From an uncultured Alphaproteobacteria bacterium (GTDB lineage Bacteria > Pseudomonadota > Alphaproteobacteria > Rs-D84), in contig CAJOHU010000001.1 of NCBI GenBank assembly GCA_905234465.1, forward strand, positions 31,708 to 95,707: 64,000 bases of DNA, written 5' to 3'. The notes beneath the pieces are model-generated. The model ran no database searches, was not told the DNA's origin, and saw only the letters and a list, made by a program, of their open reading frames with translations. Below, piece after piece: positions 20,201-29,031 of the stretch. A program made the translations under genes and the position numbers. How positions within the stretch are numbered: the first letter of the stretch is position 1; every line of letters begins with the position of its first letter.

Positions 20201-20231
20201 TGCTAACTGGGATCCGTTGGCGTCATCATAA
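14295..20231 (+). CDS. Giant surface protein with InlB B-type (Listeria-Bacteroides) repeats between two PKD-like + LRR-like modules
   Basis: Signal peptide from ATG 14295; repeated ITLNxNGG...PxRxGYxFxGYW...TxYAxW; VDWGDG/ITWGDG; LFxGxxGxPxxxMFxxTF repeats. Confidence 0.88.
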   Translation: MSIFRRFFGVLTIAFCCVFAVHSAWANFYITTTTTGYYQHAPTVCIKAKGSFFVDWGDGGTDSCHNSIVKSCCKTHTYSDNSISHTVEISGQPTEYADYTNATFDAQPTIAFCNWGNPYLFHCAAPWVAGISGSIGEIFPTLGNGNNPGQQPSFSHTFGSMPNLTGTIPANLFNGVHGTPVRWMFSNLFFADTGLTGSIPSNLFSGITGTAVGAFAHAFGRTTHLNCHVPAGLFHNIVGNVPQSMFYETFAGSPENGPDDGFCTESGTYGWIAPDAFSISRLYGTPFSNYQMYRMFYKSGLAQSCPSGYTQWVTGFEDDWDGRKACVPSSMTLTTNCGEGTGNGTSMNVSYNDNVIVGSPSSWGCTAPAGETFSHWAVSNSTDTYNAGQQFNWHYVQNKVFTAVWEGHYYNFALNHKDGSNNVNTVYEKYNTGWATSANASSWNWNMILPQDTVRDGYTLRGYYDYDFGDVSSNDTVSETEAYYHMKIKYDSSSSGWKLPAPTQAPGATWYAAWARNCAPVAPATCSLQIAPHTGSVTYVTTCPEGYNKVNGTSYNPSCTPVGVTITLNNNDATSAGTTSLTTAYGVGVYLDGTLMTTSGPSITKPQKQFTVTYYAQGGTMTGGNSSITQTATSTFDGYYYAENNNAPVQVIDDDGYITTNGDTIGKEYTTNATWTAQWSGGAVTLPNAQRPGWTLVGWKTSGNCGGSLAGTPGQHYTPDGNIMLYACWTNVPYYIITLADGSYNDIIQNGMITGTNGGCTRAGLQYGQGWLNICDAPLRGALSLSQIPKRPNHVFNGYWAELAGGASGVDSQVVTKDGEFWETSEVLNGFVSDSTITAYWQPKYLITLNPNGGSGGDTSIYEGYGVGWSKTQNGDYTDTITVTKPQRTGYTFSGYYDDPNFGIKYIPRSGVVSLSPATFSTPKTLYAHWSPRRYTITLNDNGGSGGQVGDASSHCTTADLVYGTRWENGCDSGGAVYDRGASGSGEGDKTETGESGEGGSGEKAASSSSNTGSSSLSLYPPLPTRDGYIFNGYWNTSASSGGTMIVTPQGAFREVDAALTFTSQDATIYARWESGTPSNTIYTITLDPNNNGADGNRPPKIYQKGTSFWADSSATDYPITGSVFDPIADGGAGITRPTPPSGKAFSGYWDDRMTERFTDADGNIVATAYFTGAATVNAHWGDAATTTVTLDANNGTPCATRTVTATQGHDMPTLTCGPTPPPGYDFTGYYKTEYGGWQYYDEQPASVHVWDQTTSTATIYAGYEPAVRDVSYLCNSGGIGSANMVDQATYGSEYTIKDFSTVGCNAIIGKKFIGWTISGSNTFVEPGKSYQNWPYYTDLTLVAKYLDIYTVTLRHPDATNSPMPRVAYVIPYTSDSAGYEGWYSESTADTPLVAMITAPQRPLYDFTGYFYLPDGDTQSDEIQIVRENGYFFDNQETLELITSDGVADAAWKPVSPELTITTTSLPANTTFRFYIGATGEFVITWGDGQTQTVSSPGIVSHTYSSAGARTIDIVGDATSYTDAYTTGTIYNTGRVAESSQWSNNAVRPIQINFPAAIRFGCEAEDTSCALTPQLISAVHGSLGDVFPTLGTGNTQQPRFSRTFAGCTNLTNVPEDLFGGVYGAAIPGMFYGTFEDSGLVSVGQNLFSGITSFAPHAFQRTFMGSDLSTVPAGLFSHISGAPAEAMFAYTFANTPLRSIPSGIFSGVVGAPAVDMFWGTFSGVPFVYGNTLPALFSGISGAPAKGMFDSTFYNSYNLTGTIPANLFGGTNLSGVPAERMFASTFYGCYNLSGSIPANLFGGMGLTGASAVGMFDTTFFACIGLSGYVPMTLFGGISTSNPAADMMNHVFQHSGLLPVCPCGTHDYTTGFESYWDGKVSCEVGLKPNEHWYGDICVEDCAAGITQIRTSTGLSFQILKTKPTEHAIHISAPSDGTVCYVPLESGLGGTDSMNVAYSGTTYHLGIVSDTAPANWDPLASS

Positions 20232-20311
20232 TTTGAGAGTAAACCACATAAAAAATGGCGTGTTAACGGCGTGCCATTTTTTAATAAAACCACATCATAT
20301 CAATCGGTTGG

Positions 20312-20527
20312 TTAGTGTTGTTCACCCATTTTTTTGGCGGCGTGTAATGCGGTGCGTAATGATTCATTTGCAATGTCATAAATACGTCCGGAAAAGGTTC
20401 GCATATTCATTGTATCGGCAAAATTTTTGCTGAAAACACCGGCGATGTATTCCAATTGGGCGGGCGATATAATAAAAACCTCGCTTGTAATATTGTTTTT
20501 TTCCAACTGTTTGATTTGTTCTTTCAT
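20312..20527 (-). CDS. Small hypothetical protein
   Basis: AGGGG RBS before ATG 20527; fills the gap between a terminator hairpin and the secA promoter. Confidence 0.6.
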   Translation of the reverse strand: MKEQIKQLEKNNITSEVFIISPAQLEYIAGVFSKNFADTMNMRTFSGRIYDIANESLRTALHAAKKMGEQH

Positions 20528-20626
20528 TATTATCCCCCTGCTGACATAAATATACACCAATTTTGAATAAATTTCAACCGTTATGACTTGTTTATTTTTC
20601 TGATTGTATTATATACATAAAGTATC

Positions 20627-20655
20627 TTGACCACAAGGCATAAAGTTGCTATACC
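20627..20655 (+). promoter_or_regulatory. Sigma70-type promoter of secA
   Basis: TTGACC-17 bp-TATACC with TGc extended -10. Confidence 0.6.
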
Positions 20656-20682
20656 AAGATTTGATAAAGATAAGGAAAAATT

Positions 20683-23292
20683 ATGGCGATAAATATTATT
20701 CAGAAAATACTGGGGTCGGCAAATGACCGATTGGTGAAATCTTATGATAAAACAGTATCGTTGATAAACGATTTAGAACCAAAATATCATGCAATGTCTG
20801 ATGCGGAATTACGCGCACAAACTGATGTTTTACGTAAACGTATTGCAGACGGAGAAAAAGAAAAGAATGTGTTGCCTGATGCGTTCGCTTTGGTACGCGA
20901 AGCGTCTGTGCGAACAATTGGTTTGCGCCACTTTAATGTCCAAATGATTGGCGGCATGGTTCTGAATAATGGTCAAATTGCTGAAATGAAGACCGGTGAA
21001 GGGAAAACCTTGGTTGCAACATTGGCGCTTTATCTTAAGGCGTTGTATGGCAGGGGCGCACACCTGATTACTGTGAACGATTATTTGGCATCGCGCGATG
21101 CAAAATGGATGGGTCAGGTTTATGAATTTTTGGGTTTGTCAGTCGGTATTATTCAGCATGATATGACCGATGACGAACGTCGTGCAGCATACGCGTGCGA
21201 TATTACATACGTGACAAATTCAGAACTGGGGTTTGATTATCTGCGTGATAATATGAAGTTTTCAAAATCGCAACAGGTCTTGCGCCCGTTGTTCTTTGGT
21301 ATTGTTGATGAGGTGGACAGTATTTTAATTGATGAAGCGCGTACACCGCTTATTATATCTGGACCATCCGAAGATATAAGCGAATTGTATGCCAAGGTTG
21401 ACGCAGTTGTTGCCAAATTAGCGCCTGATGATTATAAAAAAGACGAAAAAGACCGGCACGTCACACTGACCGAAGTTGGGGTTGATTCTGTGATGCGATT
21501 GTTGGCGGACGCAGGGTTGCTGGTTGGTGATAATTTATATGCGCCGGAAAATGCCGCATTGGTTATGCATATTCAACAGTCTTTGTTGGCACATCATTTG
21601 TTCCAAAAGAATGTAAATTATGTTGTCCGCAATGGCGAAGTTTTAATTGTTGATGAATTTACAGGGCGTGTTATGCCTGGACGCCGCTTTGGACGCGGTC
21701 TGCATCAGGCAATAGAAGCCAAAGAACATGTTCGTGTTCAACCAGAGAATCAGACGGTTTCCAGTATTTCTTATCAGAACTTGTTCCGATTGTATGAAAC
21801 ATTGGCGGGTATGACCGGAACGGCGATGACCGAAGCCGCTGAATTTGAAGAAATCTATAAATTGCGCGTTGTGTCTATTCCGACTAATCGCCCGGTGGCG
21901 CGTGTTGATCATCATGATGAAATTTATTTGAACAAAGATGAAAAATATTCGGCTATTATTAATCAGATAGATGAATGTCTTAAACGAAAGCAGCCGGTTC
22001 TTGTGGGCACTGTTTCAATTGAAAAATCTGAAGAGTTGGCGGACATAGTTCGTAAAAGATTGGGTATAAATCCGGCGGTGTTAAACGCAAAACATCATCA
22101 ATCAGAGGCAAAAATTGTTGCCCAGGCGGGTGCGCCGGGTGCGGTGACAATTGCAACAAATATGGCGGGGCGTGGAACAGATATTAAGTTGGGGGGTAAT
22201 GCAGAAGATTTAATTGCTGACTTGGATAAAGATGCGCCAGATTACGAACAGAAAAAGAAAGAAATTTATGATACGATTGAAAAAAATAAAAAAATTGTGT
22301 TGGATGCAGGTGGATTGTATGTAATTGGTACGGAACGCCACGAATCACGCCGCATTGATAATCAGTTGCGTGGGCGCAGTGGGCGTCAGGGTGATCCAGG
22401 CGATTCTAAATTCTTTTTGGCGTTGGATGATGATTTGATGCGTATATTTGGTGCCGCGCGGTTAAGCGGAATGTTAACAACGTTAGGGTTGAAACCGGGT
22501 GAGGCAATTACGCACCCGTGGATAACCAAGGCATTAGAAAAAGCGCAAAAACGTGTGGAAACGCGGTATTTTGAAGCGCGTAAGGAATTATTAAAGTACG
22601 ATGATGTGATGAACGAACAACGCGGGGTTATTTATAAGCAGCGTGATGATTTAATGACGGCGAAAGATTTGGCGCCTTTGACTAAAGAAATGATAGGGGA
22701 TGTTGTTGAAATTATATGTGAAAACAATATTCCGGAAAAAGCGCAGCCCGCAGATTGGAATATCAGGGGTATACATGATGCAATGGTGCGAATATTTGCG
22801 TTGGATATTACAGATATTGAAAATTGGAAAAATGACGAAGGTTTGACCGAGCGCAAAGCGTATGAATCTTTGTTGAATTTAGCGATGCAGCGATACGAAC
22901 ATCAATTCCAAAAGTATGGCGCAGATATGATGTCCGTTGCTTCGCGTCAAATGATGTTAGGGGCGTTGGATTCTGTGTGGAAACAACATTTGCAGCAAAT
23001 GGATTACTTGCAGACCGGCATCGGATTGCGTGGGTATGCCCAGAAGAATCCATTATATGAATACAAACGCGAAGCGTTGGGGTTGTTCAAAAGCACGATA
23101 AACAATTTTAAGATAATGTCGGTTGCATATATATCGCGTATGGATTTAACGCGCGCAGATGTTGATGAAACAGAAAAGAAACGCAATGAACATGACCAAT
23201 CGTTGAATTCTGCGGGCGAAGCACGCCGTAATGCGCCCTGCCCGTGTGGTTCTGGATTAAAGTACAAGCATTGTTGTGGAAAATTAAAATAA
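20683..23292 (+). CDS. secA: Preprotein translocase ATPase SecA
   Basis: MKTGEGKTL, DEVDSILIDEARTPLIISG, ATNMAGRGTDI, C-terminal CPCGSGLKYKHCCG. Confidence 0.99.
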   Translation: MAINIIQKILGSANDRLVKSYDKTVSLINDLEPKYHAMSDAELRAQTDVLRKRIADGEKEKNVLPDAFALVREASVRTIGLRHFNVQMIGGMVLNNGQIAEMKTGEGKTLVATLALYLKALYGRGAHLITVNDYLASRDAKWMGQVYEFLGLSVGIIQHDMTDDERRAAYACDITYVTNSELGFDYLRDNMKFSKSQQVLRPLFFGIVDEVDSILIDEARTPLIISGPSEDISELYAKVDAVVAKLAPDDYKKDEKDRHVTLTEVGVDSVMRLLADAGLLVGDNLYAPENAALVMHIQQSLLAHHLFQKNVNYVVRNGEVLIVDEFTGRVMPGRRFGRGLHQAIEAKEHVRVQPENQTVSSISYQNLFRLYETLAGMTGTAMTEAAEFEEIYKLRVVSIPTNRPVARVDHHDEIYLNKDEKYSAIINQIDECLKRKQPVLVGTVSIEKSEELADIVRKRLGINPAVLNAKHHQSEAKIVAQAGAPGAVTIATNMAGRGTDIKLGGNAEDLIADLDKDAPDYEQKKKEIYDTIEKNKKIVLDAGGLYVIGTERHESRRIDNQLRGRSGRQGDPGDSKFFLALDDDLMRIFGAARLSGMLTTLGLKPGEAITHPWITKALEKAQKRVETRYFEARKELLKYDDVMNEQRGVIYKQRDDLMTAKDLAPLTKEMIGDVVEIICENNIPEKAQPADWNIRGIHDAMVRIFALDITDIENWKNDEGLTERKAYESLLNLAMQRYEHQFQKYGADMMSVASRQMMLGALDSVWKQHLQQMDYLQTGIGLRGYAQKNPLYEYKREALGLFKSTINNFKIMSVAYISRMDLTRADVDETEKKRNEHDQSLNSAGEARRNAPCPCGSGLKYKHCCGKLK

Positions 23293-23299
23293 AAAGAAC

Positions 23300-23328
23300 A
23301 AAGCCCGAATTTGTTCGGGCTTTTTTTT
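23300..23328 (+). terminator. Intrinsic terminator of secA
   Basis: AAAGCCCGAA-tttg-TTCGGGCTTTTTTTT. Confidence 0.85.
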
Positions 23329-23409
23329 GTTGGCGCGGTTTGGGAATAATATCTTGATTTTTATGTTCAAAAGGAATAATATCAAACGCAGTTAACCAGG
23401 GGCAGAAAA

Positions 23410-24135
23410 ATGAGCAGAATACCATTTTATATAGGAAATTTTTTGGCGATATTTGTGCCAGGTGGCGCACGACGCGCGCGTGTTCGTGGTAATGTTAATG
23501 TGACACTGTACGCGCCACGTATTAAAAGGTTTATTAAAAGAATATATAATGAACCGGTTAAAAGCATAAAGTTCGTTCGCCAAATAAATCTGAATCGTGT
23601 TTGCTGTGTCGTAAATGGTAAATATTATGTAAAATTGTTTCGTAATATTACGGCACAACGCGTCAAGAATTACCAGGAATTAATGGAATTTGTTCAACCA
23701 CGCATAAGTGTTTGTATGCCCAAGATATATGCAGATGACCATATGGCAATGTATGTTAGCGAAAAGATTCCAGGACATGGAATTAAAGATTTTGATGCCA
23801 AGACGATATTGAAAAATGAAGATAAAATCAAAGACCAAGTGACCAAAATTATTTCAGAAATTCAGGCGATAAAAATTAAATCTATTCCCGGGTATCAGCG
23901 TTTTTCACACAGTCTGCAACCGGAACGCGCCACAGAACCGGCAACAGATAAACCGAAACCGGTGTTGGCACATTTTGATTTGAATGAAACCAATCTGCTG
24001 TTTGATGATGATATGAATATTTGTGGTATTATTGATTGGGATATGTGTTCTATTGCCAAAAACCCGAATACAGATATATTTGTGTTTAACCGTTTTTGGA
24101 ATCGCTTTAAAAAAACATTGATGCGTAATGCATAA
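23410..24135 (+). CDS. APH/choline-kinase-like phosphotransferase family protein
   Basis: YYVK, HFDLNETNLL (HxDxxxxN), GIIDWD. Confidence 0.8.
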   Translation: MSRIPFYIGNFLAIFVPGGARRARVRGNVNVTLYAPRIKRFIKRIYNEPVKSIKFVRQINLNRVCCVVNGKYYVKLFRNITAQRVKNYQELMEFVQPRISVCMPKIYADDHMAMYVSEKIPGHGIKDFDAKTILKNEDKIKDQVTKIISEIQAIKIKSIPGYQRFSHSLQPERATEPATDKPKPVLAHFDLNETNLLFDDDMNICGIIDWDMCSIAKNPNTDIFVFNRFWNRFKKTLMRNA

Positions 24136-24197
24136 AATGTATTTTTTATGAAATATTTGCTTTACACATAATTGGTGTTTTTGCTAATCTGGTGTCA

Positions 24198-27100
24198 ATG
24201 GAAAATCAGTTCATTCATCTTCATATGCACAGTCGTCTGTCCATTGGGATTGGTACGATAGAAGTAAAGAAAATTCCGAAACTTTGTGCGGAAAACGGGA
24301 TGTTTGCATGCGCACTGACTGATACGAATATGATGTCGGGTTGCGCAGAATTTTCGGATGTTATGCCATCTGCGGGAATTCAACCTATTATCGGTGTGGA
24401 AATAACTTTGAATCATCATACGGCGGACCCTAAGATGCTGCGGGCGTCTTCTTTGTCGCGGGTCGTACTGTTGGCACAAAGTCATGATGGATATCTGAAT
24501 CTGTGCGAACTTAGTCGTATTATGTACATGCGTGATGAAAACCATCATTTGGGGCCGTATATAACATTTGATGAATTGGCAAGCCATAGTGACGGCGTGA
24601 TATGTTTGTCGGGTGCGCATATGGGACCAATAGGTATGGCGGTTTTGAATAATCAAGATGGTTTGGCGCGAACATATGCGGAACATCTGGTTCAGATTTT
24701 TGGTAATCGGTTTTATATTGAAATTCAACGTCATGGTTTAGAAGATGAAATTAAAACTGAACCGGTGTTTTTAGATATTGCAAAATCTTTAAACATTCCT
24801 ATTGTTGCGACAAACGATGTTTGCTTTGCGGGGGCGTCTGATTACGAGGCGGCAGATGCGTTGGGTTGCGTTCTGAATCAGACCAAAGTGATAGATCCAG
24901 ACAGACCCAGAAAATCATCGGAGCAATACTTTAAAACATCGGCACAAATGATTGATATGTTTTCAGATTTGCCAGAGGCGATAGAGAATACTGTTAACAT
25001 AGCAAAGCGTTGTGCTTTTTTTGTAAATGTTCATGAAAAGCCTTTGTTGCCACGTTTCGGAAATGATTTTGAAACAGAATGTCAGATGTTGCGTGATAAT
25101 ACCATGAACGGTCTGACCGAACGCCTGCGGCAAAACGACATTAAAGATACGGCGCCCTATTTTGAACAGGCGAATTACGAATTAGATGTTATTATTGGTA
25201 TGGGGTTTCCAGGGTATTTCTTGATTGTTGCGGACTATATTGAATGGTGCCGTAAACACGATATTTTAACCGGTCCGGGGCGCGGTTCGGGTGCCGGGTC
25301 TATTGTGGCATGGGCGTTGGGTATCACGCATGTTAATCCATTAAAATATGGGTTGTTGTTTGAACGTTTTTTGAATCCCGATCGTATATCTATGCCTGAT
25401 TTTGATGTGGACTTTGAACCAAGTGGAATTGAACAGGTGTTGGCATATATTTGCGATAAGTACGGGCATGATTCTGTTTGTCGTATAATTACATTTGGCA
25501 GTCTTCAGGCACGCGGCGCAATTCGTGATGTTGGTCGTGTTTATGGTATACCGTATTCAAAATCTGACCGATTGTCCAAGATGATACCGCCCGATGCCAA
25601 GAAATTAAAAGATGCCATTGATACATCACAAGAAATTCAAAATGTTCTAAATACCGATGCCGATATGGCCAAGGTGGTTTCTATTGCCGAAGAATTAGAA
25701 GGTTCATTTAGAAATTTGGGGCAACACGCATGTGGGGTTGTTATTGGTGATCGCCCAACAACCAAGATTGCACCGGTTTATCGTGACCCCGCCAACCCGT
25801 TGCCATCGTGCCAGTTTGATGGACATTATTTGGAATCTGCGGGGTTGATTAAGTTTGACTTTTTGGGTTTGGAAACATTGGTCGTATTAAAGTACGCAAC
25901 AAAACTTATTCAAAAGACCCGGCGTATTAATGTGAACTTGGATGAAATACCAACCGATGATGACAAGACTTTGGCGTTGTGGCAATCAGGTATGACCGAA
26001 GGCATATTCCAATTTGATGCGCCGTTTGTTCAACAGACTTTGCGTAAGATGCGACCAACCAGTTTCTTGGAAATTTCTGCATTAAATGCGTTAAATCGTC
26101 CGGGTCCCATTGCGTTTATTCCGCAATTTATCGCCCGTATGCATGGCGAAGAAAAAATAGAATATGTGCACCCACGTGCAGAACCAATTTTGAAAGAAAC
26201 ATACGGAATTATTGTTTATCAAGAACAGGTTATGCAACTGACGCGTGCATTGGCGGGATTTACGCGTGGGGAATCTGATACCGTGCGTAAAGCGATGGGT
26301 AAAAAGAAATTGGATTTATTGGCAAAATTGGAAGTTAAATTCTTGGACGGTTGTAAAAAAGAAGGAACCCTGGATGAGGCGGCTGCAAAAGATTTGTGGG
26401 AAAAGTTCAAAGAATTTGCTAAATATGCATTTAATAAATCACATGCTATCGCCTATTCTATTGTTGCAAATCAATGTGCATATCTTAAGGCGCACTTTAC
26501 GCCGGAATTTCTTGCGGCGTCTATGTCCAGTAATATGGGTGACACAGACCAGTTGGCTTTATTTGTTGATGATGCAAAATCTAATTTTGGAATCCAGATT
26601 GTTCCGCCTGATATAAACAAAAGCGAATCGTTGTTTACGGTTGATAAAGGAAAGATTATATACGCGTTGGCGGCGATTAAGGGTGTCGGTGTTGCGGCAA
26701 CAGATGCGATTATCGCGGAACGCGCCAAAGGCGCATTCAAGAATATAACCGATTTTGCAAAACGTTGCGCGCCAATAATAAACAAGCGCGTATTAGAAGC
26801 CTTTGCCAAGGTCGGGGTACTTGATTCCATTAACCCGAATCGTGCCGAGATATTTATGAACGCGGATATGATTTTGTCATATGCGGCAAAATCAAAAGAA
26901 AGCGCGAATATGTTATCGTTGTTCGCAAATACAGTGGAAGATGATGTGGCAGAAGACAGATTAGCCAAAAATTTGGTAAAAACTGCGCCGTGGACGTTTG
27001 GTCAAAAATTAGAAAATGAATTGTCAGCATTGGGCTTTTATATTTCTGCGCACCCGTTGGATCAATATAAACACCTGATTTTGGGCGCGCATTTGGCGAA

Positions 27101-27605
27101 CAGCGCAAAATTGGCGGAAATGCCGGACCGGGCAAATATTCGTATTGCGGCAAATGTAAATTCTTATTCACATCGTCGCACAAAAACTGGCAAAGAAATG
27201 ATAACAATAAATGCATCTGATGGTTTTGGTAATATTGATGCGGTGGCGTTCGGTGATGCGGTTGCAAATCTGATGGGGGTTTTGGCGTCTGAAACCGAGG
27301 TTGTTATGTCTGGGCGTCTGTCTAATCGTGACGATAGGGTTTCTGTATTTGTAGATTCCATAATACCCTTGGCACAGTGGGTTGCCGGAATCGCAAAAAA
27401 AATAACATTGGATATACGCAATCAATCTGTGTTGCAGGATGTTAAAAAGGCGTTAAGCACTTTGCCGACGGGTGGGACGCGTGTTGCATTGAATCTGTAT
27501 TCTGGGGGTAAAAAGACGACAATGGAATTAAAAGGCGGTGTGGAACTGGGGAAAAACACTATCGCAGATTTCACAGGATTGGGGATAAAGGTGGCAATAG
27601 AATGA
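24198..27605 (+). CDS. dnaE: DNA polymerase III alpha subunit
   Basis: PHP HLHMHS, GPGRGSGAGS, MPDFDVDF, KFDFLGL, YAFNKSHA, OB fold. Confidence 0.98.
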   Translation: MENQFIHLHMHSRLSIGIGTIEVKKIPKLCAENGMFACALTDTNMMSGCAEFSDVMPSAGIQPIIGVEITLNHHTADPKMLRASSLSRVVLLAQSHDGYLNLCELSRIMYMRDENHHLGPYITFDELASHSDGVICLSGAHMGPIGMAVLNNQDGLARTYAEHLVQIFGNRFYIEIQRHGLEDEIKTEPVFLDIAKSLNIPIVATNDVCFAGASDYEAADALGCVLNQTKVIDPDRPRKSSEQYFKTSAQMIDMFSDLPEAIENTVNIAKRCAFFVNVHEKPLLPRFGNDFETECQMLRDNTMNGLTERLRQNDIKDTAPYFEQANYELDVIIGMGFPGYFLIVADYIEWCRKHDILTGPGRGSGAGSIVAWALGITHVNPLKYGLLFERFLNPDRISMPDFDVDFEPSGIEQVLAYICDKYGHDSVCRIITFGSLQARGAIRDVGRVYGIPYSKSDRLSKMIPPDAKKLKDAIDTSQEIQNVLNTDADMAKVVSIAEELEGSFRNLGQHACGVVIGDRPTTKIAPVYRDPANPLPSCQFDGHYLESAGLIKFDFLGLETLVVLKYATKLIQKTRRINVNLDEIPTDDDKTLALWQSGMTEGIFQFDAPFVQQTLRKMRPTSFLEISALNALNRPGPIAFIPQFIARMHGEEKIEYVHPRAEPILKETYGIIVYQEQVMQLTRALAGFTRGESDTVRKAMGKKKLDLLAKLEVKFLDGCKKEGTLDEAAAKDLWEKFKEFAKYAFNKSHAIAYSIVANQCAYLKAHFTPEFLAASMSSNMGDTDQLALFVDDAKSNFGIQIVPPDINKSESLFTVDKGKIIYALAAIKGVGVAATDAIIAERAKGAFKNITDFAKRCAPIINKRVLEAFAKVGVLDSINPNRAEIFMNADMILSYAAKSKESANMLSLFANTVEDDVAEDRLAKNLVKTAPWTFGQKLENELSALGFYISAHPLDQYKHLILGAHLANSAKLAEMPDRANIRIAANVNSYSHRRTKTGKEMITINASDGFGNIDAVAFGDAVANLMGVLASETEVVMSGRLSNRDDRVSVFVDSIIPLAQWVAGIAKKITLDIRNQSVLQDVKKALSTLPTGGTRVALNLYSGGKKTTMELKGGVELGKNTIADFTGLGIKVAIE

Positions 27606-28453
27606 TGAAACATGTGCCTGTCTTATTAGATTGTGTAATGAATGCGTTGGGCGATATCCGTGGTGCGCATATCATTGATGCGACATTTGGTGCCGGTGGG
27701 TATACACGCGCTTTTTTGAATGCGGGGGCAAATGTTGTTGCATTTGATAGAGACCCGAATGTGCGAATGGATGCAGAAAGTATCGCAAATGAATTTAAAT
27801 CAAGATTTGAATTTATACCAAAACCTTTTTCTGAAATGGCGAATTTGGACGATAAGTTTGATGCAATTGTGTTTGATTTGGGAATTTCATCTATGCAGAT
27901 AGATAACCCAGAACGCGGTTTTTCTTTTCGGGCGGATGCGCCGCTTGATATGCGAATGTCGGATGATGGCGCAACGGTTTGTGATATGTTTGATACATTA
28001 TCTGTTGACGAGTTGGCGCAAATTCTGCGGGAATATGGTGATGTGGGACCGGCGGTTGCAATCGCGAACGCAATTAAACAGAACATGCCAAAAACAACAT
28101 TTGAATTGCGCGATTTAATACATAGACCACGTGATATTGCGCCAACATTTCAGGCATTGCGTATTGCGGTAAACGATGAAATGGGTGAATTGCGGCGCGC
28201 CTTGGATGCGGTACCGAACTTGCTGAACGTGGGGGGGCGTTGTATATGTGTCACATTTCATTCGGTTGAAGACAGAATTGTTAAGAACGTGTTCAAAGAT
28301 TGGACAAGTGTTCGGGGTGACCCACGTTTGCCGGTGACTGGCAGACCACCGCAATTTGAAATGTTAAAAGTACAAACCCCAACAAGCCAGGAAACAAATG
28401 CAAATCCGCGGGCGCGCAGTGCACATATGCGCGGTGTTGTAAAATCATATTGA
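27602..28453 (+). CDS. rsmH: 16S rRNA m4C1402 methyltransferase
   Basis: HVPVLL, DATFGAGGY, DLGISSMQID...RGFSF, FQALRIAVNDE, NPRARSA. Confidence 0.96.
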   Translation: MMKHVPVLLDCVMNALGDIRGAHIIDATFGAGGYTRAFLNAGANVVAFDRDPNVRMDAESIANEFKSRFEFIPKPFSEMANLDDKFDAIVFDLGISSMQIDNPERGFSFRADAPLDMRMSDDGATVCDMFDTLSVDELAQILREYGDVGPAVAIANAIKQNMPKTTFELRDLIHRPRDIAPTFQALRIAVNDEMGELRRALDAVPNLLNVGGRCICVTFHSVEDRIVKNVFKDWTSVRGDPRLPVTGRPPQFEMLKVQTPTSQETNANPRARSAHMRGVVKSY

Positions 28454-28505
28454 CCGGGTGGCGGTGATTTGTGTAGAATGGCGAAAACAAAAAAGGAAGG
28501 AATAT

Positions 28506-29000
28506 ATGAAAAAGTTTATTATGGCAATTATTTGTGCGTTTGTTGCGTCTCATGCGTTTGCGGTTTGTCCGGTGTGCACGGTGGCGGTTGGTGCAGGACT
28601 GGAAGGGGCGCGTTTGTTGGGCGTTGATGATGTAATAACCGGAATTTGGGCGGGTGGACTTACATTGTCGCTGTTTTTCTGGACGGCGGGATGGTTGCGT
28701 AAACATGGGGTAAAAAGTGTGTTTTGGCAATTGATTGTGCCGTTTGTGTTTTACTATGCATTGCTGGGTATGGTTTATTTGTTGCCTGATGTGTATTTCG
28801 GTGTCAACACTATATGGGGAATTGATAAGTTTTTATTGGGAATTATTGTCGGTTCGGTCTGTTTTTGGCTTGGGGCACGGTGGTATGTGTCCATTAAGCG
28901 CAGAAATGGCGGACATGCCCAATTTGCGTTTCAAAAAGTTGTTGTTCCAATTAGTTTTTTGTTAATCGCAACATTGGTATTCTGGTTGATTACTAAATAA
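28506..29000 (+). CDS. Membrane protein with CPVC motif
   Basis: AAGGAAGG RBS; signal-like N-terminus then CPVCTVAVGAG; about four TM helices. Confidence 0.85.
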   Translation: MKKFIMAIICAFVASHAFAVCPVCTVAVGAGLEGARLLGVDDVITGIWAGGLTLSLFFWTAGWLRKHGVKSVFWQLIVPFVFYYALLGMVYLLPDVYFGVNTIWGIDKFLLGIIVGSVCFWLGARWYVSIKRRNGGHAQFAFQKVVVPISFLLIATLVFWLITK

Positions 29001-29031
29001 ACATGGTTTTAGCACGCAAAGGAGAAAAGTT

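Noticed and set aside
23410..24135. Aminoglycoside resistance gene
   Set aside because: Only the generic APH/choline-kinase fold motifs are visible; substrate cannot be assigned and there is no mobile context
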